Source of the DNA: Camelus dromedarius
Taxonomy: Eukaryota
Assembly (NCBI RefSeq): GCF_036321535.1
Contig: NC_087437.1
Span: forward strand, 69,008,001 to 69,072,000
Length of the DNA stretch: 64,000 nucleotides
Direction: 5' to 3'
Part shown: positions 1 to 12,671 of the stretch, piece after piece
Layout of the letters: every line of letters starts with the position of its first letter
Position numbering within the stretch: the stretch's first letter is position 1
Notes under the pieces: model-generated
The model's input: only the letters and a program-made list of their open reading frames with translations
Told to the model about the DNA's origin: nothing
Database searches by the model: none
Program-made: the position numbers and the translations under genes

Positions 1-1616
1 TTTGCCAGTACAACAGGGCAGTGTTCTCTCCTCTTGACTTGTATCCTAGAGCATTAGATCCTTTGTGTCTGAATCTAAGGGACATGTTTTCTTCCCTGGA
101 TGTGAATCAAACAGTATTTTAGATGACTCTTTTGGAAGTGGGTGACATTAAGTACAAGAAGTTTGGTTGGTGAGTGGATGAGAGGCCGGTAAAACATTTC
201 ATTTAGCTGCAAGAATATTCTTCATGCTTGTCAAATAATTGGAGCAATTTGTTTCCTGTTCGCAAGCATTCATTTATTAGAATTTATTTTACTAATTTTC
301 AAGTCCTCCCCAGTATCTTTCCAGCATGAAGTGTTGATTGTAAACTTTCTACCAACAGTTTTCCCTCAGAATTTACTTTCGGTTAAAAGTTGATCTTAGA
401 TTTTATGGTCTCAGATTCTGCATGAGGGATGACTTTCTTTAAACTGAACTGATTCTTGCCCTAGTCCAATGTTAGAGAAATTCCAAAAGGTTTGCTACAG
501 TTCTACACTAGCTTTTGTCACCTGTTTACAGGTATAAATATCCCCTAACCTGGGAACTGCAGGGTTCAGGTTTCCTGGATTCTGTCCGATAATTGGATGA
601 TTTGGACATAGGTTATGAGTGAGGATTAACTATGAATTTGAGTTTGAGCTATGTATGGCTGATGTCTGTATTTATATATTCCTATCTCTATATTTTTCCT
701 TATTCTTTAAGTTAATAGACATAAAACATATACAAGAGTTCCTGGCCCAATGTAAATACTTAATAACTGTTAGCTGTCACTGCTTTGTTGTTACTGTTGT
801 CACACTTGTCACTGTGTTGTAGTTTTTAAATAACATAATAACCTTCCCCAGGGAAGCATGAGCCACGGTCTGAAGGGAACTTGCATGATTAGCCACTCTT
901 AGTTTGGTGTATTTCACGGTAACAGACATCCTGTCTAACTCTCCCCCACACAGCAGTGCTTCATCTCATTTCAAGGACTGGCATCTTCTACTCTAGAAGG
1001 TTCCTCCATGATTGACAGCTCTCTTTCTGGTGCTGCCTCCTGGGAAGGAGCTGCAGGCCTTTCAGACTGTGAGCCAATATGTAGGACCCTCTGTTGATCT
1101 TTGAACAAGCACTAGCTGTGGAGGGTGAGTTTTCAGTCTGGCCAGGTTTTAGCAGGATTCAGAGAGGAGGCTACTAGGAGCCATCCTGGTGACACTCCCC
1201 TGGGGCTTCTCCTGTGCCTTGACAAGGCACAAAGCTGGCCCTGGAGACAGGGAGACTGCCTCAGAGCTGCAGGTCCACATGAGAGGAGGCCCGTATCTCC
1301 AGTGAACCACCGTTCTGATCAGTGCACAAAGAGAGTGAAATGACATCTGGTTCGGAACTAAGCTTTGTCCCAGAATGAACTGAGCCATACTCCATAAGCC
1401 CAGGGTTACTGACTTATCACACGTGGCAGTAGCCTCTCCATCTTGTCACTGCCTTTGCAGCATCTTCTCTAATTTTTCTCATCACTGCAGTTTATCTCTC
1501 CAGTCTCCAGGCAGGCAGTTTATCCTCACTGCTACCATCATCATTTCTCATAAATGTGTGTATTGTTAACAATCAAATTACCTTTGCCAAATTCCTCAAA
1601 TCTCCACAGATTACCA

Positions 1617-1868
1617 GTGTGGCATGACTATTTAGGTCACAGTCTTTGGAATCCGTTTGACTTGGCTTTGTGTCCCTTCTGTAACTTGCTGGTAGGCTGA
1701 CCTTGGGCAGATTATTTAACTCTCTGATTCTTCCTCTCATTGGCCACAAAATGGTGGTATTAATAATTACTGCTTCATGGTGTTTCTGTGAGGACTAAAA
1801 ACAATGGTGTATGTAAAGAGCTTGGCACGTGGTTTGGACGAGGCCTCAGTATATCTTAGCTGTTGCTA
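1617..1868 (+). mobile_element. MIR SINE, near full length
   Basis: MIR core (gaccttgggcagattatttaactctctg...aaaatgg...gtgaggactaaa) and tail (gtaaagagcttggcac). Confidence 0.8.
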
Positions 1869-2029
1869 ATATTTGCTTCCTAGTCTTTTCTTCTTCCCTC
1901 AGTTTCTTCTTCAACCTCTCCTTCCCTCTTCTAGGCTCTTTGGAATGGAATCATACAATAATGGATCACATCTCTGTCCTACATCTACGGGGTGTGGGAT
2001 GGCATCAGGGGTAGGAAGAAGTATTAGTA

Positions 2030-2140
2030 CATTGTTATGGGAATTCTGAGTAGGGAGAATTTGATTCTGCCTAGAGAGGGGGATGTCAAAGAGGACTTCA
2101 CACAGCATATAACATTTGAGCTGACTCTTGAGTGGCTAAA
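2030..2140 (-). mobile_element. L2 LINE fragment
   Basis: gtcaaagaggacttcacacagcatataacatttgagctgactcttga matches the antisense L2 pattern. Confidence 0.55.
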
Positions 2141-3330
2141 ACTGATTGCTTAATGATAAAGAATAAAGGAAGGAGAGAAAGACAGGAAATGTGATCACAG
2201 TCAAATAAATTTGAGCTACCATAACCTGTCAGAAAGTAAGAATGAGGTCAGCAAAATGGCAGCTATATGCTGGGACTCTTGATATAAGAGAATAGTTCGT
2301 CCAGAATAATTGGGTTCAATATTCATTTACTGCTTCTCGATTCTGGCAGAGACCTCAAAGTGAGCAAGCAGAAGGCTAGCAGTTAAATTCTGATTTTTGT
2401 TATTGTTTTGAGGCACTTAGAAAATCTGTAATGAGATAGATTTTTCTTTCCAGAAGCACATTTTTCTGAGTCAGAGATAAGGTGGTTTGCACCTGCTTCC
2501 AGTCCCCCAGCCTCCGAACAAATCTATCCATATCTGATATGTTTGTTGAATCATAAATAAAAATAACAATGAAAGTATAAACATTTCTCTTTCTGAATAT
2601 TAATCATGGCTAACCAAAAGTCATTTTGATTTTTTAAAAACATAAGAAAAAATTCCTTCCTGACAATTCAGTTGCTTGTGCTCACACACACAACATTTCA
2701 AAGCACATTACAGGAGCCAGAGCAGTTGGTGTGAGACTTAGAGGAGAGATTAGCTGGACTCCATTCCAGGAAAATCGTTATGGTGATCACTTGTCACTTG
2801 TCATTACGTGTAAATCCTATTGGTCTTCTTGCCTCAGTTTCAGCTTGGACTTAACTTACACTTGAGAAATCACTCTTTTATCTTTCCCTCTTCTAGAATT
2901 CACTATATTCCTCTGACTGGCTGCCAATTTACCCTGACTATCCTATTACCCACCTTCAGGCTCTTTTTCATTCTCTTCCCTGAAACCTCTGTATATAAAT
3001 TTGTATTTGTATATAAAAAATATAGAGCACATATGCTGTCATGTTGAACCGAATGCTTTCTATATACAAAGCATAAGCAAGGTACTTGAAACAGACCAGA
3101 ATGAATAAAATGTCATTGGGTCACTCCTAAAAATGTTTATGTTTTAGAATATTTAGAAATGTTATAATCAATAATGGCAAAGTCCATCCTCCCCCAGATT
3201 TGTACTTGGATTTTGGAATGAAACTCTAACCTGGTTATTATCTTAGGAAACCGATGTTGTCCTTTTCCGTTTTTGAAATGTTCTTGCTCCATCCTACTTA
3301 TATCTTTTTGAAAATATGTATCTTGCCCTG

Positions 3331-3654
3331 CAGTCAGGATTCCATGTCCATGTGTCCTGCATTTGTGATTCAACCAACTAGGGGTAGAAAATATTGGGGA
3401 AAAAAATTCCAGGAAGTTCCAAATGGCTATTTACATAGGACTTACATTGTAGATATATAATTATTTACAAAGCATTTACATTGTATTAGGTATTATAAGT
3501 AATCCAGAGGTTATTCAAAGTACACAGGAGGATGTGCATAGGTTATATGCAAATAAACCACTGTTTTATATGAGGGATTTAGGCATCTAAGGATTTTGGT
3601 ATCCACAGGAACCAATCCTAGAACTAATCCACCATGGATACCAGATGAGGACTG
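3331..3654 (-). mobile_element. MER2/MER2B non-autonomous TcMar-Tigger DNA transposon
   Basis: Termini cagtc...gactg followed by TA; internal gcatttacattgtattaggtattataagtaatc and ggttatatgcaaata match the MER2 consensus. Confidence 0.85.
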
Positions 3655-3954
3655 TACTCTAAAAATGATTCCTTTTTTTTTTTTTTTTTTTTGCTATCAT
3701 TTGCTAGTTCCTCTCCCATGTAAATAACTATATGACCGCCCCATCCCATCTCTACATCCATTCCTTAATGGAACTTTGACCTTTTAAGTAGCTCTGTCAG
3801 AAAAATCTCCATATTCATTACCAAGATGAGTGTTGGACATATAATTAAATCTCAGGGTCAGTTGAATGAATGAATAAATGAATGAATGAAAATGAGAAGC
3901 CAGGAATGCTAGGACCTATGACAAAGTGAAATTACAGTAGATTCTTTTGTTTTT

Positions 3955-4000
3955 TATATATATATGTGTGTATATATATGTTTTATATATATATATATAT
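3955..4000. repeat. (TA)n/(TG)n microsatellite
   Basis: Seen directly. Confidence 0.9.
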
Positions 4001-5162
4001 TTTATGTGTTAATTCCACATTTATGTTTTTACTTACAGTTTCATTCCTATATATATATTTATTTTTTTTAAGGGTAGTGTGTGTCTGTGAAAAAACTGTG
4101 AAGAAAAGGTATTTTGACTAATGCATTAGTCAGTTTGCCAGTACAGACATAGGAAGAAACCCACAATTTCAGGCCCCAAATCGTTAAACTGCTAATGATC
4201 ATTGAGTTTACTTTCAAATGGTTATAGAATACAACTTTACATTTGAAACACAACTACCACTCTGCCTTCATCACTCTTTTAAAAAAATGTATCTCTTTGA
4301 GATGCACCGGCAGCTCTCTTGCTAGCCTCTTTGAAAAAGATCAGACTCTTTCATAAAATTCTGCAATAAAAAGTTTCCTGCACTAGTTTGCCACAGATAG
4401 CTACAATTTCACCTTTGGTTAAGGAATTATCCCCTGATCAAAATATTAAGAAGAGGTGGCACTTGTTTCAATAACAGCTTAGTCTGAATCTATTCGTCAT
4501 AACCCGGGATCTCCTTCCTACTAAAAGAGACAGGAGACATAAACTTTAGTGGGTTGACATGTGAAAAGATAGATTAGAAGTTATGTTTTTAAGTACAAAC
4601 AGAACAGCGTATTAGACTTGAAGGCAGGCGTGGATATGGAAGTGCAAACTGAAAGTTGTTTAGAACAGGGGATGGATGGGTTTGGTGACCTGAAGAACGA
4701 AGAAGGCATGAAAATGGTGGTTCAAACAGAAGGAGGGAGCTATTAAGATACCCATTTTGTCTAGGGCTGAACATAAACATTTCGGTAAGGTGAATTACAC
4801 TTGTTCTGTACATATTAATAAGATAAATATGTTCTCACCTGCAAATGATAGCGTGTTGAAAATGAGTAATATCTTCTTCTCGGCAGTAATTTCTACTGAT
4901 TTACTATTAAGACAGCATTCCTGAGTAAGCATGATTTGTATCCTACATGACAGATAATCTTTCCTTTCTGTCTCTGGGAATATACATAGCACTCTTTACA
5001 ACATAGAGTCAAATAGAACAGGACTGACTTCTGAGATCCTTGAGTTCTCTGCTAATATTTAATGCTACCCTAATTGGAATAAAATTTGCACTTTTCCTCA
5101 ATTCAGGTGATTTTTCTTAGTATTTTCTACCCACCTGAAATAAAGAAGCCTCTTAAACTACA

Positions 5163-5263
5163 TTAGAAAGGAAATTTTTACTCTATTATGAAACTTTTGC
5201 TATAACCTAGATGTTAGAAAAGAAAATGTTACTCTATTATGAAATTTTGCCATAACCTAGATG
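5163..5263. repeat. Tandem duplication of about 50 bp (2 copies)
   Basis: ttagaaaggaaatttttactctattatgaaacttttgctataacctagatg is followed by ttagaaaagaaaatgttactctattatgaaattttgccataacctagatg. Confidence 0.9.
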
Positions 5264-6470
5264 TCAAATGACAGGTATTTCTTGGCCATCTGCTCTATAC
5301 CTGGCATTGGCTAAAACCACAAGATCCTGGAGTCTACCACCATTAAGCAGGTCAAAAGTGAATAGCCAAGAATAGACTCTTTATCTGATACTACTTAATT
5401 ATAGGATAACTATGGAAGAGAAGAGATCTAACACTAATGATGTATTAATCTCTTTAAAGTACAAATGATAGCCCTTTCGAATGGTGTGATGATTCTTATA
5501 TGTGGGTCACTTATGGCGTTTGGTTCTGCAGTCCTATTCCACTTTTGCCCTAAGGGTTTCCTATCATTTCGATGTCTTAAGGTGCACACTGCTTCCAACA
5601 CAATCAGGCTGTTAGTGCCCTGACTTTTCAAGACTTCTCCTCTCTTCTTATCCACCCTCCACTCAGGGTCACTTTACCCCCAACCCCCGAAAAAATGCCC
5701 AAACACATGTTTTCTCCTTGTATTCATTCATCTCTTTCCTGGCTGATGTCCTCAGGACTCTGTCATTTGGCTAATGGCATCTAAACTCAAAGCCAAGAAG
5801 TCAAAAAGTTAGAAGTTTCTGTTTCAAATTTTCCTCCATCCCTTTTTCTTCAGATTGGGCTGTACTTTTCTTTTCATTTATTCTAAATTAAACTTTTCTT
5901 CAAACATGGATTTGACAAGAGTTCCTCACTTCCTAAATCTACCATTCCCCAAATCCTTAAGCCAAGTGTTACTTGTCAGTTCACTGATTCTGGCTTGAGA
6001 GTCGGGAAAAAGAAAAGCTACCCGCCAGATAACTTGCTTGTTCCACTCTCTCACTTTGTGAAAAAAGACATATCCTGTGCCAGATTTTTTTTTTTTAAGG
6101 AGTAGAACTGTTGCTCGGGATGAGAGCTTATAAAGAATGTGAATTTAGAAGAATGATCCCACATCAGAAGGTGCCATTAGTACATTTTTGAGTACTTAAA
6201 ATATGTGTGCTAGAACTTTCCCTCATCACAATTCATAATGAAAATGATTTGGTATTAAAGACCAAATCTACGACTCTAGCTAAAATAGATTAGTTATAAA
6301 AAAATACCAAAACCCCTTAAGGAAACATAGTCTTACCTGCATGAAGTTTCATGGCCAGAATCCCAGGGATAGCCTTAGGTTTATCATTATAGTATCAAAT
6401 GAGATAATGGCAGTATAGGTTAGAACAGTGCTGGTACATGTGAGTGTCCCTTCTCTACACCCTCAGTTTC

Positions 6471-6541
6471 CTTTCTCTCTCTCTCTATGTATTTATGCTT
6501 GTGTGTGTGTATGTATGTGTGTGTGTATATATATATATATA
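6471..6541. repeat. Compound CT/TG/TA microsatellite
   Basis: Seen directly. Confidence 0.85.
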
Positions 6542-7834
6542 AATCTACTTAAGTATTTGTACTTAAAGTATCTTAATTATTTGGCTTTGAAATCTGAGGA
6601 TATTTAATGACCTGCATATGGCATATGATACACCTTTATGAATTTCAGACGTAGAGGTGAGGATCAGTACATTGTGACCTACAGTGGATGATGAAGTAGG
6701 TAATGGGGAGCAGTAAGTCTTGTGTGTTCGGGTCCTATAGTGCATGATAATTTCCAGTAACAATTCTGACTTAGAAGCTAGTAGACACAGACCTTTCCCC
6801 TACATGCTTTTGACTTTAGAGGCAAGGATAGCCTCAGATAGAGTTTATGTTGTATAAAACTTGGCAGGTCACCCAGCCCAGCCTTCATTTTGGTAAGCTT
6901 CCTTCTAATTTTAAACTGAAACTGTTCAGAATTGTGTTTCAGTAACTTGCCTTGTGCTCTATCTACGGAGTTTCTAATTCAATCCTTACAATTTCTGGGC
7001 TGGCTTTTATTTTTGGTTGTTGAATAAACTAGAAGCATGTGAAAGAATTACTTTTGTCTCAGTGTTTTCACAGCATTTCTAAAAAGTGTTTTCATAATAC
7101 TCCTTACCTTCTTTCTCAAGTTCCAGTTTCATGTCTTTGTCTTCAATATCTATTATCTTCCTAAGAGTCTTTCTTTTATTTTAATTTCTACTTTTGCTTT
7201 GGTCAGTTATTTTCCACACTGTAAAGTAAAGCTGGGGTAGAAGGAGCATACTTCTTACTAAATTCATTAAAGAAAAAAAAGATGAATTAACTATACTCTT
7301 AACAGTCATAATTTAATTTAGAGAATTAAAATAATACATAATTATTTTACAAATCAAGCTCTAAATAGACTTAAATTTACTTTCTATTCAGATCTAAAAT
7401 GTGTTATTTCACTAAAATCAGCATTATTATATTACTATGTTTTGAACATGAATAAAGCTTGGATGGATTAAAAAATAAAACACCTCTCAGTGGCCCCACA
7501 TGCCTTACTGCCTCTTACTTCCTTAGGACACAATTAACAGGCCTTTTAATAACATTGACTACAATCACGTGCAAGGCTGTAATGAAGTAGTGAGTTTCTC
7601 TAACTAGAATAGTTGTAAATGTGCATGAATGTAGCTTATTTAAAGTTTTATGCTGACCACTATCTGACTCACAGACTTTCACAAAACTCTGGCTGTCCTA
7701 GTGTTAATTCCATGTTTATGTTTTTACTTATAGTTTCACTTATCCGTTGTGTTCCTTGGCCAGGCAGTCTATTTTTTTCAGATTCCATGGCTTATATAAG
7801 GTTTAAAAGAATGATTTATATTGAAGTAACATTT

Positions 7835-8410
7835 ACTTAGCAAGTATTTTTCCAGAGCCTATTATACAAAGCACTGTTCTAGATACTGAGAATGAAGAAT
7901 TACAAAGACAAAGTCCCTGCCCTAATAAGCACTCATTCTACTTAGGAGAGATTTTTGGAATAATATTAATAATTATATAATAATAATAGGTAATATTATT
8001 ATAAGTAAACTATATAGTAAGTAGGATGGTGTGAAGTCCTGCAGAGATAAAGAAAGCAGTTAAGAGGAATGGGGATTCCGATGGTAGTGGTACTGTGTAG
8101 GTGTGTTTATGTACACACGTGTGTGTGTGAAGTTATTTTTAATAGTCAGCAGAAAAGTTTTCATGATAAGGTAACATTTGAGTAGATACTAAAGAAGCAG
8201 TGGAGCAAATTATGAAGCTCTGCAGAAAGACTTTCCACAGAAGAACAACACAGCAAGTGTGAAGGCCCTGAGGGGTGGCTTTGCTTGGTATGTTCAAGAA
8301 ACAGCAAGGAGGCCAGAGGGGTTAGAACAGAGGTAGGAGATGAGGTCTGAAAGTGACCGGGTGGGGCTGAGGGAAGGAACATGATGTTCAGACCTCTACG
8401 GCCTTTGTAA
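7835..8410 (-). mobile_element. L2 LINE 3' part, interrupted at about 8445 by an L1
   Basis: caagtatttttccagagcct...aaagtccctgccct, aaggtaacatttgag, aagaaacagcaaggaggcca. Confidence 0.8.
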
Positions 8411-8444
8411 TTTCTTACAGGACTACATGACCTGCCTGTGTTTT

Positions 8445-9860
8445 CTTTCTTTTAATACTGAATTAGGATTTACAATAAATAAAACACACTGGTTTTACAC
8501 TTTGAACTCTAAAAGAGTCTTGACAATTATGTATTTGTATACATCCAAATAACTACCCCCCAGAACAAGATACAGAGCATTTATACCACACCAGAAAATT
8601 CCCTTATGCACTTTTCCAGTTTTTCTGTTCTTGAACTTTATGTAAATGGCACCATATAGTATGTACTGTTTTGTGTCTGGTATCTCTTGCTCAACATAAT
8701 GTCAATGCAATTCATTCTTGCTGTTACATAAATTAATAGTCCATTTCTTTTTATTGTTTTGTAGTATTCTAATATTTGTTTATATTGTTTTTGTATCCAT
8801 TTTCCTGCTGGGGAAATTTGGGCTGTTTCCGATTTGAGTTGTTATGAATAAGGCTGCTATGATGTCTTTTTGAGGACATACGTATTTTTGCTTGCTTGTT
8901 TGGTTTTTATTTTTTATTTATCGAGGTAACTGGTTTATAACATTGTGTAAGTTCTGTGTATACAAGATTGTATCTCTGTGTCTGTTTACACTACAGCATG
9001 TTCACCACTAAAAGTTGAGTTTCAGGTATTTATCTGAAGAATACAAGGACTTATGTTTGTATTTATTTTGAGTATATATGGAGCTGTGGAGCTGGGTTAT
9101 GTGGAAAATATATGTTCGACCTTATAGTAAACTGCCAAATAGTTCTCCAAAGTGGCTGTATCACTTTATACCCCACCAGCATTGTAGAAGGGTCGTGGTT
9201 GCTCTCCACTGATACTGTTAGTATTTTTAAAATTTTACTCATACAAGTGGATATGAGATGGTCTGTCTTTGTTGTTTTAATTTGCAGTTGTCTGTTAGCT
9301 AATGATAATGAGCATATTTCCTGTGCTTATTGGCCATTCCTGCATCCCTCTTTGTGATAAGCCGGTTCAAGTGTTTTGTCATTTCATAAATGAGCCGCTT
9401 GCCTTTGTATTGTTGATTTGTGGAAGTTCTTCATATATTTTCCTACAAAGGGCTGTTTTCTGACATTTGTGTTGCCAATATTTTTCCCAGTGTGTAGTTT
9501 GCCTGTTTTATTTTCTTAAAGGAAACTTTTGATGACCAGAAATTTTTACATGTAGAGAAATCCAATTAATCATTTTTTTCTCTTTTTGAATCTGTACTTT
9601 ATGTGTCCTGTTTAGTACATTTTCACAGGCTCACAAAGCTAGTGTCTATTGTCTTCTATAAGTTTTATATATTAGCTTTTACATTTAGCTTTATTTTATA
9701 TATAAGTTACTTTTTGTATATAAAATGAAGTAGAGATTGAGGAGTTCTGTTTTTTTGTTTTGTTTTGTTTTCTCATATAGAGATCCATATGTTAGCGAAA
9801 ATTTCCTTTCCTCATTGTATTGGCTCAGTGGCTTGGTTGAACATCAATTTACCAAATAAG
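8445..9860 (-). mobile_element. Old L1 (L1MC/L1ME-like), 3' end and ORF2 C-terminal remnant
   Basis: ttcttgaactttatgtaaatgg, aactgccaaatagttctccaaagtggctgta, ttaatttgcagtt, gagcatatttcctgtgcttattggccatt. Confidence 0.8.
8888..9045 (-). mobile_element. Short younger L1 3' end nested in the old L1
   Basis: T-rich tail followed by gaggtaactggtttataacattgtgtaagtt; degenerate flanking repeat aggacatacgtattt / aggacttatgtttgt. Confidence 0.6.
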
Positions 9861-10240
9861 CCTTATACTTTAAAAAGATCACTGCTTCCTATATGGGAGG
9901 TGCAGGAAAGAAAAGAAGCAGAGTTAACTATTAAAAGACTATTGAAATAATCTGAGTGAGAGGCTTAAACATCAGTGGCAGCAGGTCTAATTCTGGACAT
10001 GTTCTGAAGGTAACCCCAGAAGCTTTGCTGATACATTGGATATGGTTTGTGAGAGAGAAGGTGACGTCAAGGAAGGCTCCAAGTTTTCTGGCTTGAATAA
10101 CTAGTAGGAAGATGGAGACACAGAGTTGCTGTTTTACTGAAACGAGGAAGATTCTGAGCAAAGAGCTTTGAATGGCAGTATCTGGAGGTATGCATATGTG
10201 TACTTGGTCTCTAAGTGGAGATGCTCACAGATGTGAACAA
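9860..10240 (-). mobile_element. L2 continuation beyond the L1 insertion
   Basis: tttaaaaagatcactgct, gctttgctgatacattggatatgg, gtcaaggaaggctccaagttttctggcttga. Confidence 0.75.
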
Positions 10241-10615
10241 TAGTCATTACAATTACTTTTTCTTTTGGATGCCATTTGTGATTTGGTCATTAGGTAATTT
10301 TTTTTAACATTTCCTCAGAGATCTATATAGAAATATAGATTCCTATATCCAACTGCCTACTAGGCGTTTTTACCTGGAAAGTACTCAAGTACCCCAAGAC
10401 CATTATGTTTAAAACAAGACATAACAACTCACCCTACCCTTGCTCTCCACAAGTCTTTTCATGGCTGGATGATGTTCAGGTCAAACAAAAACTAAGGAGT
10501 CATTCCAGATGCTTCCCTCTCTCTTAGTATTATAGCTAAGTCATCATTTACCAAGCCCTTGCAAACTATATATTAAATATATGCACAAAAAATGACCTTT
10601 CATTTGTATCTTCTT

Positions 10616-10809
10616 CTCTTTTTTTATATCATTTTTTTCTTTTCCTTTTCTTTTTCTTTCTTTTTTTTTTTTTTTTTTTTTTTTTGAGGGGGGAGGTAAT
10701 TACGTTTATTTATTTATTTATTTATTCTTAGAGGAGGTACTGGGGACTGAACCCAGGACCTCATGCATGCTAAGCATGTGCTCTAATGCTTGAGCTATAT
10801 CCTCCCCCC
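10616..10809 (-). mobile_element. tRNA-derived SINE resembling camelid vic-1
   Basis: Minus strand reads GGGGGAGGATATAGCTCAAG...AGAGC (A box)...GGTTCAGTCCC (B box), then (AAAT)n, TTACCTCCCCCC and poly-A; 16-bp TSD with 1 mismatch at 10600-10615 and 10810-10825. Confidence 0.9.
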
Positions 10810-10914
10810 TCATTTATATCTTCTTATAAGTCTTGCCTAAAAACTTTTGAAACCATGTCATAAAAATTCCTTCAAATTTCTACCCCTTGGTTTTTACTCA
10901 CTAAGAAAATCTGG

Positions 10915-11150
10915 CTCCATTGGAGTATAGTGGATGCAGCACACATTGGGTGGTCTGAGTTAGACTCAGGTCTTGGTTAGAATCATTGTTTTATGTCTTC
11001 TTAGCTGTATGACTTCAGGCAAATTAGAAACCATCTCTGTAAAATGAAGGTAACATTGGTGGTGACCTCATAGGATCATTGGGTAGATTAGTTAATAAGT
11101 GTAGAGAGCTTAGTTCCTGGCACAGGGCACTCAGAGATGTTAGCTCTTTA
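10915..11150 (+). mobile_element. MIR SINE
   Basis: ttagctgtatgacttcaggcaaatt...tctgtaaaatgaagg...cctggcacag. Confidence 0.75.
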
Positions 11151-11189
11151 GCTCTTCTTATTTTTATTACTTCTTACAATGAAACACCA

Positions 11190-11700
11190 CCACCTCCCCT
11201 CAGATTCAACTTCATCATCTCCCACTTGGGATGCTCATTGCAGTATCTCGCCAGTTGGCCTCCCTGACATCAAGTGGCAGACTCTGTTGGTGATTTCTCT
11301 TTCTGTAAAATGAGAACCTGTTCAGTTTATTCTACTCAGTAAAAATCCTGCAGTGACTCCAACATTATCTATATGATAAATTCCAGTACACAGAGTGTGG
11401 TATTGGTAACATCTTGCTATCCCTCTCTCTCCCAGGTCCGCACTTCATCCCCTTCCAGTCTCATTTCCTATTGCTTCCTCCCATGGTGTGCTCAAGTCAC
11501 ACTCTGTTTAGTTTCCATTCAAGTACTTACAAGTGCCTGATGCCTCTCCATTCTCCTTGTCCCAACAAACTATGGTTTCTTCTGCAAGAGTCTGTAGCCT
11601 TTCTCTTTGTATAACAAACCAACTTGCACACATTTCCCTTCATGTGTCCCTTCTTTGTAGCCTGCATATGACTCTACCACAGAGTACCAAGATGAAGTCT
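11190..11700 (+). mobile_element. L2 fragment
   Basis: catcatctcccacttgggatg...aaaaatcctgcagtgactcc. Confidence 0.5.
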
Positions 11701-12463
11701 ATCTTAAGGGCTGGCACCAGTGTTTGTTTTAGCACATGACCCTTATTTGGAAAAAAAAAAAATTAATAAGCTGCCCTCCATAGAAGGAGCAACACTGAGT
11801 GTCTAGATGTCAACAGGAACCCAAGCAACAAAGAACACGTAAAGCTTCTCGGTTGAGTTGTTTTGTTTTATTTTTTTTTTTTAAATTGGGTCCAGAGAAA
11901 AAAGGAGCCAGTGTGAGATTAAGCACTCTATAGGTGATGATCCAGTAGCCTTGCATTTTTGTCGGGGAGGCTGAAGGACATTTAAGAACAGATCTGCTAA
12001 ATGTTCGATTTGAAGTTGTTTGTGTTTCTTGAACCTCTCCCTTGCCTCCTTCTTATGTCTTCAAGGAATTTTGCTACCTGCTATCTTGTATATGTGTATG
12101 TGTGTGGGGATGGATGGCAGTTCAGGAACAATCAAGGAAGGGCTGATTTTCACCACAGAGACAATCAGTATAAATTAGAGACAGCATATACAGAAATAGA
12201 AGCTCGGTTGCAGAGGAATGGGATGCTGGGGGAAGCTGCAGGCTCACTTTATTTAGTGTTCAAGGATATGAAGGCTGTCGCTGACTTCCAAGTTACAATG
12301 GTATCTATCCTTACAAGGCCCTCTCACTATTCTTTCACTTAATAAGATCTCGCCTATTCAGCTCTCAACCTAAATATCCCTTCCTTTGGAATGCTGGCCC
12401 TCACCCCTGGAGCCAGGTTAAACTCCTTGGTTCCATGACCTCACAACTTTTGGTGTTGTAGCG

Positions 12464-12671
12464 CTGTGGTTCCCATCCTAGGGCAATATTCCTCCCAGCG
12501 CCATTTGACAATTTTGGGACCATATTTGATCGTACAGCTGCAGGGCATTGAGAGATAGGAGTACTACTGGCCTCTAGTTGGAGTAGACACCAGAGATGCT
12601 GCTGAACATCCTATAAGATCCAAAGAATTATGCATCTTAGAATGTCAATAGTGTTGAGGTGTGAAACCCTG
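12464..12671 (+). mobile_element. MER20 hAT-Charlie DNA transposon inserted into an L2 3' end (about 12340-12845)
   Basis: ctgtggttcc...tactggcctctagt...gatgctgctgaacatccta...aaagaattat...aatgtcaatagtgttgagg...aaaccctg. Confidence 0.85.

Noticed and set aside
10740..10809. tRNA-like sequence
   Set aside because: It is the head of a SINE with a poly-A tail and TSD, not a tRNA gene
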